Below the pieces are notes generated by a model, which saw only the letters and a program-made list of their open reading frames with translations, was not told where the DNA came from and searched no databases. A stretch of 64,000 nucleotides of DNA from NCBI GenBank assembly GCA_963665665.1, contig OY762428.1:800001-864000 (forward strand). Reading direction: 5' to 3'. Below are positions 9,284 through 18,731 of this stretch, piece after piece (the stretch's first letter is position 1; the number at the start of each line of letters is the position of its first letter). This stretch comes from Candidatus Kapaibacterium sp. Lineage in GTDB: Bacteria > Bacteroidota > Ignavibacteria > Kapaibacteriales > UBA2268. The position numbers were made by a program, and so were the translations under genes.

Positions 9284-10267
9284 TCAATCCTTATTACTCT
9301 TTTTAATAAACACCCTGAGAAGGCTTTCAATTTCTTTGGCACTGGAAAGATTATTTGTTCCCAGCAGGGAAGTACTATTTCCGGAAGCTGATCTGGAATG
9401 TTCATGCTCTGTTTCTTCGTCCTGTTTGGCATACATCAGGGTAGTGGCATAGGTTATCAGAAGCGAGAACTCCAGCCCAAGGGCAAAAAGAACCAGTGAA
9501 GGCTGTGTGGGAGGAATAAATTTTAACCCTCTAAGCCCGATAATAATAATCAGAACAGCAGCACCGATATACACAAAACCAAGTACGGCATTGTTGTATT
9601 TCACGGTAAAGTATGAATGCATGTATATTCCCAGCCCGTCACGAACATGAATTATTTTGTATAAAAGTGAGCCATTATACCACTTCAGTGCTTTCTGTAA
9701 TATTTTCAATTCCTCTACATTAATATTCCATATCTCTTCATAATCATAAAGGTCGCGAATATCAGCATTGATTATTTCATCTGCAAGTTCATCATGATAT
9801 TCTTCAGAATAAAAGCCGTCACGTGAAATAAGAATTTTGTCCAGGAAGTTGGTTATTTCGCGCTGTATCTTCTGATTCATGTATCCAATACTACGGGGAA
9901 GCAAAGCTGAAACAGAAACACCACAGGCAATAGACAAAAGCGAAACCGGAACAAAAACTGCAAGGATTGGATTAAACCAATATCTTCCTTCGGACGGAGT
10001 ATTAACATAGATATCAACAGCCCAGGAAAAAAGCCAGTCAGTTCGGGATTTCGGATCGGGATATTCAAGGCTTTTGCCAAGAATTTCTCCGGAATGGAAT
10101 ACTCTGCCGTCAAGAAAATCCCTGAAGAAGCCTTCCAAACCAACAATAATAATATTAAAAATTATTATTGCGAATATTAGTATAACAACAAAGAAAACTA
10201 TTACCTGGATGGAATTATGTTCGCTGAGTTCAAAATAAGATTTCCTGCCTGACTGATTTGATACCAT
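9284..10267 (-). CDS. Multi-pass membrane protein with GldL-like C-terminal TM hairpin
   Basis: Four hydrophobic segments; FVYIGAAVLIII..LFALGLEFSLL. Confidence 0.6.
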   Translation of the reverse strand: MVSNQSGRKSYFELSEHNSIQVIVFFVVILIFAIIIFNIIIVGLEGFFRDFLDGRVFHSGEILGKSLEYPDPKSRTDWLFSWAVDIYVNTPSEGRYWFNPILAVFVPVSLLSIACGVSVSALLPRSIGYMNQKIQREITNFLDKILISRDGFYSEEYHDELADEIINADIRDLYDYEEIWNINVEELKILQKALKWYNGSLLYKIIHVRDGLGIYMHSYFTVKYNNAVLGFVYIGAAVLIIIIGLRGLKFIPPTQPSLVLFALGLEFSLLITYATTLMYAKQDEETEHEHSRSASGNSTSLLGTNNLSSAKEIESLLRVFIKKSNKD

Positions 10268-10374
10268 AACAACCCGGAATATTACAAACAAAAGTTAATG
10301 CAAAATACAAAAAAACAAACGTATTTATTCCATTAGTAGGAAAAAATCCTAAAAAAATGACAGCAAATTATACA

Positions 10375-11007
10375 TTACTTTTTGGTTTTTAAAAGAAGTT
10401 TTTTAATTGATTCAATATTTTTCTTTTCATCTTCCTGGTAGTGCTGAAGGAGCCGTCCTTTATCAACCTTGGGTTTATCTGAGTCTTTTGCGGAAGGTTC
10501 GGACGAAACATCTTCATTATCAATTCCGCTTATACGGTTTTCGGGTTGTTGAAAAGGTGTTTTAATAACATCATCACCATAGAACTGCGTTTCGGTATCG
10601 ACATCTTCGCCCCTTTTAATCATGTCGAGAGCTTCTCTGCCGTATATATTAACAAGTTTTTCGTAAATGGTGGCTTTTGTGAATGGTTTGGAAATAAACC
10701 CGGCAGTACCGCTTTTCACTGCCAGCCCGAGATTTTCCACATCCGAAAGGGCAGACACCATTAAAACGGGTATATCGCGCGTAGCTTTTATTTTCTTCAG
10801 TATTTTTAAGGATATATGCCCGGAAAGTTCCGGCATAAGAATATCCAGAATTATGAGTGAAGGCTCGTGTTCAACAGCCAGGGCTATACCGTCAAAACCG
10901 TTTGATGCCAGGTAGGCAGGCTTGAACCCGTAGCTTTGCAGTGTTTTTGATAATATTCGCTGCATCCATATATCATCATCGATTATTAGAACCGAGTGTT
11001 CCTTCAT
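10375..11007 (-). CDS. Response regulator (REC + charged tail)
   Basis: IIDDD, LDILMP, VSA, SKPF. Confidence 0.9.
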   Translation of the reverse strand: MKEHSVLIIDDDIWMQRILSKTLQSYGFKPAYLASNGFDGIALAVEHEPSLIILDILMPELSGHISLKILKKIKATRDIPVLMVSALSDVENLGLAVKSGTAGFISKPFTKATIYEKLVNIYGREALDMIKRGEDVDTETQFYGDDVIKTPFQQPENRISGIDNEDVSSEPSAKDSDKPKVDKGRLLQHYQEDEKKNIESIKKLLLKTKK

Positions 11008-11032
11008 TTTCAATTCCAGATAATTTTTAAAA

Positions 11033-11326
11033 TCATTTTTTCTGCCCCGTACTGATAACTGATCCCGGCGTTAATTTCGAGTTTGTTTCATCCGGAAACT
11101 GCATTGCCGATTCGGACATTGCAGTTTTCAAGGCTGAAAGGTCAGTTTTCGAAGCCTGAGTATTAAGTTCAATAATTCTGTCGTAAACTTCTTTCCGGTG
11201 AACCGGTACTGATTTAGGTGCCTCGATTCCCAGCCTGACAACACCGCGGTCGAAACTTAAGACCCTGACGGTAACAGATGACCCTATTGTTATTACTTCT
11301 CCTATCTTCCTTGATAAAACCAGCAT
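11033..11326 (-). CDS. csrA: Carbon storage regulator CsrA
   Basis: MLVLSRKIGEVITIG..VRLGIEAPKSVPVHRKEVY, with the C-terminal extension typical of FliW-partnered CsrA. Confidence 0.95.
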   Translation of the reverse strand: MLVLSRKIGEVITIGSSVTVRVLSFDRGVVRLGIEAPKSVPVHRKEVYDRIIELNTQASKTDLSALKTAMSESAMQFPDETNSKLTPGSVISTGQKK

Positions 11327-11401
11327 CTATGCTAATCCTAAATTTGTTAAAAACTCCGGGAACAACCCTTTTCTGATAACATATCAAAAACAATACCAGT
11401 T

Positions 11402-11833
11402 TTAAGCATCTCTTTTAGGTATCACAAAATCCGGAGAGTACCTGTCTTTTGGCAAAACCGTCTGAAGGCCTGACTGATCAACAACATCAAGAATAATAGG
11501 CGCTTTCATGTTTGCAGTCATTAATCCTCTTGAATTTTCAAGGGTAACAACAACAAAGAGCACTTTCCTGTCCAGGTTGAATTTTTTACCAGGATTATAT
11601 GTCAGATCAATATGCCAGGGGCTTAGAAGAGGGAAACCAATTTCCGGCTGATCGATAGAAATCAGCCATTTAAACGGCAGGGTTTCTTCTTCCGCGATTA
11701 GAACGAAATGCTGTAATGTTTCAAAGCCAAGAAGGCCAGTCTCGAAAGTAAAAATGTGGCGCTGTTCGACTTCTATTTCGCCGAACTGAGACGTCCTGAT
11801 GCGCCTTATTCCTGTTTTTTCATTAACTTCCAT
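11402..11833 (-). CDS. fliW: Flagellar assembly factor FliW
   Basis: TSQFGEIEV, GLLGFE, MTANMKAPIIL; adjacent to csrA. Confidence 0.93.
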   Translation of the reverse strand: MEVNEKTGIRRIRTSQFGEIEVEQRHIFTFETGLLGFETLQHFVLIAEEETLPFKWLISIDQPEIGFPLLSPWHIDLTYNPGKKFNLDRKVLFVVVTLENSRGLMTANMKAPIILDVVDQSGLQTVLPKDRYSPDFVIPKRDA

Positions 11834-11945
11834 AACTCAAATGCCTGTTATTATTTATCACCGGAGTAAAAATACTTCCGCCGGAATATAATGTATGTAA
11901 TTTATTAATCTTTTCAAAAGATTTATTCAATTGTCAAATTTTTAA

Positions 11946-12740
11946 TTATCCAGTAGAATCATTCCGTTTCAAAGAATCATTTTCATCAGCATATCCCCTT
12001 GTAGATGGAACATTGCCGGGAATTTCGCTAATGGTAACTTCCACCCTTCTGTTTTTCGACTTGCCGGCAGCATCATTATTTTCTGCTATCGGCCTTTGTG
12101 AACCAAAGCCGCGTATGCTCATATTTCTTTCCGGCACACCGCTTCTTATCAATGTATAAGCTACATTGGTAGCTCTGGCAACTGAAAGATGCCAATTAGA
12201 TTCGTACCTGAATGTTCTTATCGGATCTGTATCAGTATGGCCGTCAACGGCAATCTGTTTGTCAATTCCGCTTAAAACCCTGGCAAGAGTATCCAGAATA
12301 AACCTTCCTGCAGGCTCAATTTCAGCTTTTGCGGATTTGAAAAGCAATTTTTCCGGCAGGGTGAGAACAAAATTTCCGTTACCTCTTGTCATGGAAATTG
12401 TACCGTTATCAATGTACGAACTGAGTGCTTTTTTCGTTTCTTCAACAATTTCATCCACACTTACTTTCGATCCGCTTTGAAAGATCGGTTCAGGAAGTCC
12501 GTTCTTTTGTCCTTCCAAAAGCCCGTCGCCTCCCTCAAGAACCCCGGCACCTGTTTTAAAATACTGAGCCATGGCAGCAGAAAACTCACTGTACTTTTCC
12601 TGATCCACCTGCGAAGCAGCGTAAAGTATAACAAACAGGCCCAATAGCAGTGTTATTAAATCGGCATAAGTAATCAGATACCTGTCGGTTCCGGAATTAT
12701 GTTCTTCATCGCTTAAATCATGTGTTTTTCTTTTTTTCAA
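11946..12740 (-). CDS. motB: Flagellar motor protein MotB (OmpA/MotB family)
   Basis: TYADLITLLLGLFVILY TM with conserved Asp; GHTD, SNWHLSVARA, NRRVE. Confidence 0.9.
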   Translation of the reverse strand: MKKRKTHDLSDEEHNSGTDRYLITYADLITLLLGLFVILYAASQVDQEKYSEFSAAMAQYFKTGAGVLEGGDGLLEGQKNGLPEPIFQSGSKVSVDEIVEETKKALSSYIDNGTISMTRGNGNFVLTLPEKLLFKSAKAEIEPAGRFILDTLARVLSGIDKQIAVDGHTDTDPIRTFRYESNWHLSVARATNVAYTLIRSGVPERNMSIRGFGSQRPIAENNDAAGKSKNRRVEVTISEIPGNVPSTRGYADENDSLKRNDSTG

Positions 12741-12996
12741 TCCGTTACTCAGTATATGCTACATATAATCAACGCCGATACGCCCTGCCAGATATTTCAT
12801 ACCAAAAGAATATTAATAAAAACATTCCAATGGGACAAATTTTAATTCGGGTGCAAAATAAAAAAATTTTCAAAAAACGTTCATAATTCTTTCTTTCCAT
12901 TTTTAATTATCGGTATTTTTTAAAAAATCTTGCGTTATTATTTTGCAATTGTATCAATATCTTTTCCACATGAATAATTTTGGTATAACAAAACTG

Positions 12997-13031
12997 AAAA
13001 ACCCCATGCGGTACTGAAGACTGCATGGGGT
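12997..13031 (-). terminator. Intrinsic terminator of the repeat lipoprotein gene
   Basis: ACCCCATGCAGT/ACCGCATGGGGT stem followed by T run on minus strand. Confidence 0.75.
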
Positions 13032-13055
13032 AATATCTTCATTATTATTAATTGT

Positions 13056-15614
13056 TTAATTCTTTTCCATCCGGATAGTTTCTTTCAATGTTATACACTT
13101 TTCAAACCTGAATTCTACTGTTTTCGCCTGGTAACCATCATATTCTAATACCACACGATAAACTGCCGGCGCTGTAAGGCCGTCGAATATAACAACTCCG
13201 TCGTTGTTTGAAATCAAATCTTCAATAATCCTTTCGCCACTATAAATAATTACTTTTACTCCGCCCAGAGCACGTGACGATTCTGCATCTTTGATAATCA
13301 ATTTCAATATAGCATCATCGCAAGGTTCGCCATTGGACTTTTCCATTAATTTCACAGGATCAATCACTTCATTGCAACCTATCCTGACTTCAAATTCAAC
13401 GTCCTGATATCCTTCGGCAATTATCTCGACTACATAGCTTCCTTCACATACATCTTCGAAAAGAGCGTAACTTTCGCCACAGACAGCATCAGCAATAACA
13501 TTACCTGAATGCCATAACTTTACTTCCGCCCCTTTTATTACGGTCTTTGTTTCAGCATCCTTTGGAACAATATATATCTTGCCGTCACAGCAGGAATCTT
13601 TCTCCGATGTCCTGACAAGTTCCTTTACTATTTCCTTTTCTTTATTACAACCAAGTTCTATTGCAAATTCTATGTGCTTGTAACCCTCGGCCATTATATC
13701 AACACCATATTTACCCTCGCAAAGGTCAGTAAACAGTACCATGCCGTTCTCGGTATATTTGGTTTCAAGCTCTTTTCCGTCCTGCCATAATACTACTTTG
13801 GCATTATTTATTTTCTCGCCGGTGCGGCTGTCTTTGGCTAATATATATATCTTGCCGTCGCAGCAGGAATCTTTCTCCGATGTCCGAACAAGTTCCTTAA
13901 CTATTTCCTTTTCTTTATTACAACCAAGTTCTGTTGCAAATTCTATGTGCTGGTATCCTTCGGCCATTATATCAACACCATATTTACCTTCGCAAAGGTC
14001 AGTAAACAGTACCATGCCGTTCTCGGTATATTTGGTTTCAAGCTCTTTTCCGTCCTGCCATAATACTACTTTGGCATTATTTATTTTCTCGCCGGTTCGA
14101 CTGTCTTTAGTTATTATATATATCTTGCCGTCGCAGCAGGAATCTTTCTCTGATGTCCTGACAAGTTCCTTAACTATTTCTTTTTCTTTATTACAGCCAA
14201 GTTCTATTGCAAATTCAATGTGCTTATATCCCTCGGCCATGATATCAACCCAGTAATTACCCTCGCAAAGGTCAGTAAACAGTACCATGCCGTTCTCGGT
14301 ATATTTGGTTTCAAGCTCTTTTCCGTCCTGCCATAATACTACTTTGGCATTATTTATTTTCTCGCCGGTGCGGCTGTCTTTGGCTAATATATATATCTTG
14401 CCGTCGCAGCAGGAATCTTTCTCCGATGTCCGAACAAGTTCCTTAACTATTTCCTTTTCTTTATTACAACCAAGTTCTGTTGCAAATTCTATGTGCTGGT
14501 ATCCTTCGGCCATTATATCAACACCATATTTACCTTCGCAAAGGTCAGTAAACAGTACCATGCCGTTCTCGGTATATTTGGTTTCAAGCTCTTTTCCGTC
14601 CTGCCATAATACTACTTTGGCATTATTTATTTTCTCGCCGGTTCGACTGTCTTTAGTTATTATATATATCTTGCCGTCGCAGCAGGAATCTTTCTCTGAT
14701 GTCCTGACAAGTTCCTTAACTATTTCTTTTTCTTTATTACAGCCAAGTTCTATTGCAAATTCAATGTGCTTATATCCCTCGGCCATGATATCAACCCAGT
14801 AATTACCCTCGCAAAGGTCAGTAAACAGCACCATGCCGTTCTCGGTATATTTGGTTTCAAGCTCTTTTCCGTCCTGCCATAATATAATTTTAGCACGATT
14901 TATCTTCTCGCCGGTTCGACTGTCTTTAGTTATTATATATATCTTGCCGTCGCAGCAGGAATCCTTGTATTCATTACTTGAAAGTGTAAAATCTTTTGCA
15001 ACAGTATCACATTTTCCAAGTTCAAACTGAGTTTCAATTACTTTATAACCGTCTTTTGCAATTCTTATCCAGTAATTTGCAGAACAGAGGCTGTCAAACC
15101 TGATATAACCGTTATCATTTGTATTACCCTCTGCTATTATAACATCCTCCAACCCTATCCTGACATTTGCATTGCCGACCTTTTCTTTCTCCATGTTGCC
15201 GACATTTATTTCAACAACAGAACAGCAATCATCATCTTCAGCTCTTGAATCAACCAGGGTTATCAGAAGATTCTCTGTTTGTTTGTCATCGCCGCTTATA
15301 TCGCTCAGGCTGGAATTAAACGGATCATGGCCATCAGCCTGAACTTTAATCGTAACAGAAGCAAATGTTTCAGGAATATTCATCAATTCGAAATTCCCTT
15401 CATCATCAGTTGTATCCCTGTCAATTAAATTATTAGCAGCTCCATAAGCTTCAATTACTGCTCCGCCAATAAATTTTCCGGAAGTACTTTTTATCTTACC
15501 GCTAATCGTTTGCAGGCTGCTGACGGAATCCGTTGAATTATCGCAGGCCCAAAAGGACAGTACTATAATTAACAGAAGAGCTCCTATATATTTTATCTTG
15601 TTAAAAGTTTTCAT
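13056..15614 (-). CDS. Lipoprotein with tandem carboxypeptidase-regulatory-like (prealbumin-fold) Cys-rich domains
   Basis: Lipobox FWAC; repeated KD..TG..I..A.V.L..T..NG...F.DLC.G.Y...I.AEGY units, each opened by DSCCDG. Confidence 0.8.
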   Translation of the reverse strand: MKTFNKIKYIGALLLIIVLSFWACDNSTDSVSSLQTISGKIKSTSGKFIGGAVIEAYGAANNLIDRDTTDDEGNFELMNIPETFASVTIKVQADGHDPFNSSLSDISGDDKQTENLLITLVDSRAEDDDCCSVVEINVGNMEKEKVGNANVRIGLEDVIIAEGNTNDNGYIRFDSLCSANYWIRIAKDGYKVIETQFELGKCDTVAKDFTLSSNEYKDSCCDGKIYIITKDSRTGEKINRAKIILWQDGKELETKYTENGMVLFTDLCEGNYWVDIMAEGYKHIEFAIELGCNKEKEIVKELVRTSEKDSCCDGKIYIITKDSRTGEKINNAKVVLWQDGKELETKYTENGMVLFTDLCEGKYGVDIMAEGYQHIEFATELGCNKEKEIVKELVRTSEKDSCCDGKIYILAKDSRTGEKINNAKVVLWQDGKELETKYTENGMVLFTDLCEGNYWVDIMAEGYKHIEFAIELGCNKEKEIVKELVRTSEKDSCCDGKIYIITKDSRTGEKINNAKVVLWQDGKELETKYTENGMVLFTDLCEGKYGVDIMAEGYQHIEFATELGCNKEKEIVKELVRTSEKDSCCDGKIYILAKDSRTGEKINNAKVVLWQDGKELETKYTENGMVLFTDLCEGKYGVDIMAEGYKHIEFAIELGCNKEKEIVKELVRTSEKDSCCDGKIYIVPKDAETKTVIKGAEVKLWHSGNVIADAVCGESYALFEDVCEGSYVVEIIAEGYQDVEFEVRIGCNEVIDPVKLMEKSNGEPCDDAILKLIIKDAESSRALGGVKVIIYSGERIIEDLISNNDGVVIFDGLTAPAVYRVVLEYDGYQAKTVEFRFEKCITLKETIRMEKN
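13602..14966. repeat. Five near-identical 273-bp (91-aa) intragenic tandem repeats
   Basis: Directly visible; identical antisense ORFs at 13741 and 14287 show a 546-bp higher-order period. Confidence 0.95.
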
Positions 15615-15950
15615 TATTTTGCTCCGAATGTTAAAGTTTATTAATTTAAAGCGACCCAATATTACTAACAGCTAATATAATAAAAGCTCACAAAATTCCC
15701 CTGATATTTAGCTAAGTTTTAAAAAAACGTATGAGTGTAATTATATAATTTAATTATTTACTATTTATACAAAAATAATAATGAAGAATGGGTTGTTTTT
15801 ATTAAAATAAATGTTATATTATGTTGTACGACATAATAAAATGATAAGCTTGGAAAATAATACTAACTTAATTCAAATATGACGGGCCGTGAAGATTTTA
15901 ATTAACGACATTTATGATCTTGCATTATATACTATTTCAGGAGATTATCA

Positions 15951-16490
15951 ATGGCTAAAAAAATTGATGAAAAAGAAGCAACTATGCTTCCTACTGCCGG
16001 AAACTTAGAACAAATCAGAGATATCCTTTTCGGTAAATCCATGCAGGAACTGGAGGAAAGATTCGTTAACCTTCAGGAATCATTGACTAATGAAATATCC
16101 GTCCTAAGGGACGATACAAAAAAAATGTTCAATACTCTTGAAACTTATGTTAAGGAAGAGCTCAACTCTTTCGGCCAGCAACTAAAAAGCGAATCCGATG
16201 AAAGAGAAGAATCTGATGAAAGAATTATCAGGGAAAAAGATACACTGGCAAAGAAATTCAATGCCTTCGAGAAGGAAACCACCCGGGTTCAAAGTGATAT
16301 AAGATCCCAGATTCTTGATCTTAACAAGAAATTTTCAGACGAACTTTCAGAAGCAAGGAAAGATCTTACCACGAACCTTAAAAAAGCACAGGCTGATTTG
16401 CAGAATAAGAAAACAGACCGTTCCAAACTTTCTTCACTTCTGACGGAAATGGCTTTAAGAATAAGCGACGATGATTCTGAAACAAATTAA
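15951..16490 (+). CDS. Helical coiled-coil protein, first gene of the small-GTPase operon
   Basis: LEQIRDILFG start, heptad-rich body, KTDRSKLSSLLTEMALRI end. Confidence 0.75.
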   Translation: MAKKIDEKEATMLPTAGNLEQIRDILFGKSMQELEERFVNLQESLTNEISVLRDDTKKMFNTLETYVKEELNSFGQQLKSESDEREESDERIIREKDTLAKKFNAFEKETTRVQSDIRSQILDLNKKFSDELSEARKDLTTNLKKAQADLQNKKTDRSKLSSLLTEMALRISDDDSETN

Positions 16491-16505
16491 TATTGCCAGG
16501 ATTCA

Positions 16506-18230
16506 ATGAGTAAAAACACAGATATTGAATCATTGAAAGAATGGGAACAACTCAAGGAAATCCTGACCGGAGAAGAAAAAAGGCAAATCGAAAGTATTCT
16601 CCGCCGGCTTGACGACGATAAAATACACGCTTCGGAAATTAGCAGGATTCTCCCCGAAGCCCTCAGGCTGAGCGCCAAGCATGGTAACAGGCTAAACGAG
16701 GTTCTCATTCCGATAATTGAAAAAACTTTGCAGGAAAGTATGCGAAGGAATTCGCATATACTTGTTGATGCATTGTATGCTCTTATTGGCCCTGCTACCA
16801 GAAAAGCAGTTTTCGAATCTATGAAGGGCCTGCTTCAGTCTTTTAATACCGCGCTGGAAAGTGTCTTCACAATTAAGGGTATTAAATGGAGAATAGAAGC
16901 AATTGCCACAGGCAAGCCTTATGCCGAAGTGGTTCTTATCCATAGTATCGTTTACCAGGTTGAGCAGGTTTTCCTGATTCACAAAGAAACAGGATTATTG
17001 CTTCAACATGTTAAAACTGATAATATAATAGTCCAGAATGAAGATATGATCTCCGGAATGCTGACTGCTATTCAGGATTTTGTTCATGATTCATTTCAGG
17101 TAAGTGAAAATGATTCGCTGAACACGATGAATGTTGGCGAGATGACCGTATGGGTTGAACAAAGCCCGCATACAGTTCTTGCAGTCGCTATAAGGGGCAC
17201 AGCACCTGTATCCTTAAGGCAGACGATGACTGATACAATAGAAAGGATTCATTCGGATTATATTCAGGACCTTATAGAATTTGAAGGCGATACAGATGTT
17301 TTTCAGCCTTCGGCAGGAGAGCTGGAAAAATGCCTTGAAAAACAGGTTAAATCAGACGATAAAAAGACCCCGGCTTTTGCCTGGGGGGGTATCACTGCTG
17401 CTATTTTGATTTTCATGACATTTTTATATTTTCAAATTTCGGATTCTATCAGATGGAGCGACTATACAGAAACCCTTAGACAACAGCCTGGAATTCTGGT
17501 ATTAAACGAGGACAGGGGAATTTTCACTAATTATATTAGCGGAATGAAAGATATGTATTCGGAATCCCCGGACAGCCTTCTGAAAAATTTCGGATATACA
17601 ACTGAGAATGTTGAATCCGAATGGCTTGAATATCTTGCGCTTGATCCGCAAATGATGATACGAAAAGCAATCCTTATCCTTGATGCTCCTGAAACAATTT
17701 CTTTTAGCTTCAGTAACGGATTATTGAAGGCCTGGGGCAAATGTAACGAGAAATGGTATGAAAGAGCTTTGAGAACAGCGCCTTTGATAACTGGTGTAAA
17801 GGATATTGACTTTTCAGGAATCAGTTTGTCCGAAGGAGAAAATGTTGATGCGATTATTAAAAGTATTGAAAAAACATATATCAACTTTGTAAAAAACAAA
17901 ACCAGGCTGATAAAAGGGCAGGATGAAAAAGTAGAGAAACTGGTACAGAAAATTAGAAACCTGATAAAACTTTCGCCAAATAAAGAAATCAGCTTAGAAA
18001 TAATGGGTCACACAGATTCAAGCGGCTCTGAAAAAACAAATGCCAAACTGAGCTGGAACAGAGCCAAGAGTTTTATGGAATTACTAAGCACTCACGGGTT
18101 GATAGATATTGATTTCACTATAAAAGGTATAGCTTACTCTCAGCCATTGGTTGAGGAAAAGACAGAAAATGACCGCCAACTAAACAGGCGGGTTAGTTTT
18201 GATGTTAAACTTGGATGGAACGAAAAATAA
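16506..18230 (+). CDS. Membrane protein: cytoplasmic helical + longin/roadblock-like domain, TM, periplasmic OmpA domain
   Basis: VEQVFLIHKETGLLL..MISGMLTAIQDFVHDSF; TM AWGGITAAILIFMTFLYF; GHTDSSG..NAKLSWNRA..NRRVSF. Confidence 0.82.
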   Translation: MSKNTDIESLKEWEQLKEILTGEEKRQIESILRRLDDDKIHASEISRILPEALRLSAKHGNRLNEVLIPIIEKTLQESMRRNSHILVDALYALIGPATRKAVFESMKGLLQSFNTALESVFTIKGIKWRIEAIATGKPYAEVVLIHSIVYQVEQVFLIHKETGLLLQHVKTDNIIVQNEDMISGMLTAIQDFVHDSFQVSENDSLNTMNVGEMTVWVEQSPHTVLAVAIRGTAPVSLRQTMTDTIERIHSDYIQDLIEFEGDTDVFQPSAGELEKCLEKQVKSDDKKTPAFAWGGITAAILIFMTFLYFQISDSIRWSDYTETLRQQPGILVLNEDRGIFTNYISGMKDMYSESPDSLLKNFGYTTENVESEWLEYLALDPQMMIRKAILILDAPETISFSFSNGLLKAWGKCNEKWYERALRTAPLITGVKDIDFSGISLSEGENVDAIIKSIEKTYINFVKNKTRLIKGQDEKVEKLVQKIRNLIKLSPNKEISLEIMGHTDSSGSEKTNAKLSWNRAKSFMELLSTHGLIDIDFTIKGIAYSQPLVEEKTENDRQLNRRVSFDVKLGWNEK

Positions 18231-18731
18231 ATGGTAAAGAAAAAGATAGTTATGCTTGGGGCATTTGCAGTCGGAAAAACTTCACTTGTACAGAGATTTG
18301 TCAGAAGTATTTTCTCCGAGAAATATCACACGACAATAGGAGTGAAAATTGATGAAAAAACTGTTATTGTCGGAGATATTGAAGTAAAAATAATTCTTTG
18401 GGATATCCACGGTGAAGATGAGTTTCAGAAGGTAAAAAAATCATACATCATGGGTTCTTCGGGATATATAATGGTTGCTGACGGAACCCGAAAAAATACT
18501 TTCAACACAGTGGAATACCTTCACGATCTTGCTGTATCAACAGTTGGCGAGGTTCCATTCCTGTTTTTAATCAACAAATCCGACCTGACAGATGAATGGG
18601 ATATTGAAGATAGTGATATCGATAAAATCAAAGCAAAAGGATGGAACACTTTTATTACCAGTGCAAAAACCGGGAATAATGTGGAAGAAGCCTTTAGATT
18701 ACTTGCAGAATTAATGGTTAAAGCGAAATGA
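18231..18731 (+). CDS. Small Ras/Rab-like GTPase (Rup-type)
   Basis: G1 GAFAVGKT, G2 TTIGV, G3 WDIHG, G4 NKSD, G5 SAKTG. Confidence 0.92.
   Translation: MVKKKIVMLGAFAVGKTSLVQRFVRSIFSEKYHTTIGVKIDEKTVIVGDIEVKIILWDIHGEDEFQKVKKSYIMGSSGYIMVADGTRKNTFNTVEYLHDLAVSTVGEVPFLFLINKSDLTDEWDIEDSDIDKIKAKGWNTFITSAKTGNNVEEAFRLLAELMVKAK

Noticed and set aside
13741-15030. Repeated plus-strand 171-aa ORFs and other antisense ORFs in the track
   Set aside because: Shadows of well-supported genes on the opposite strand
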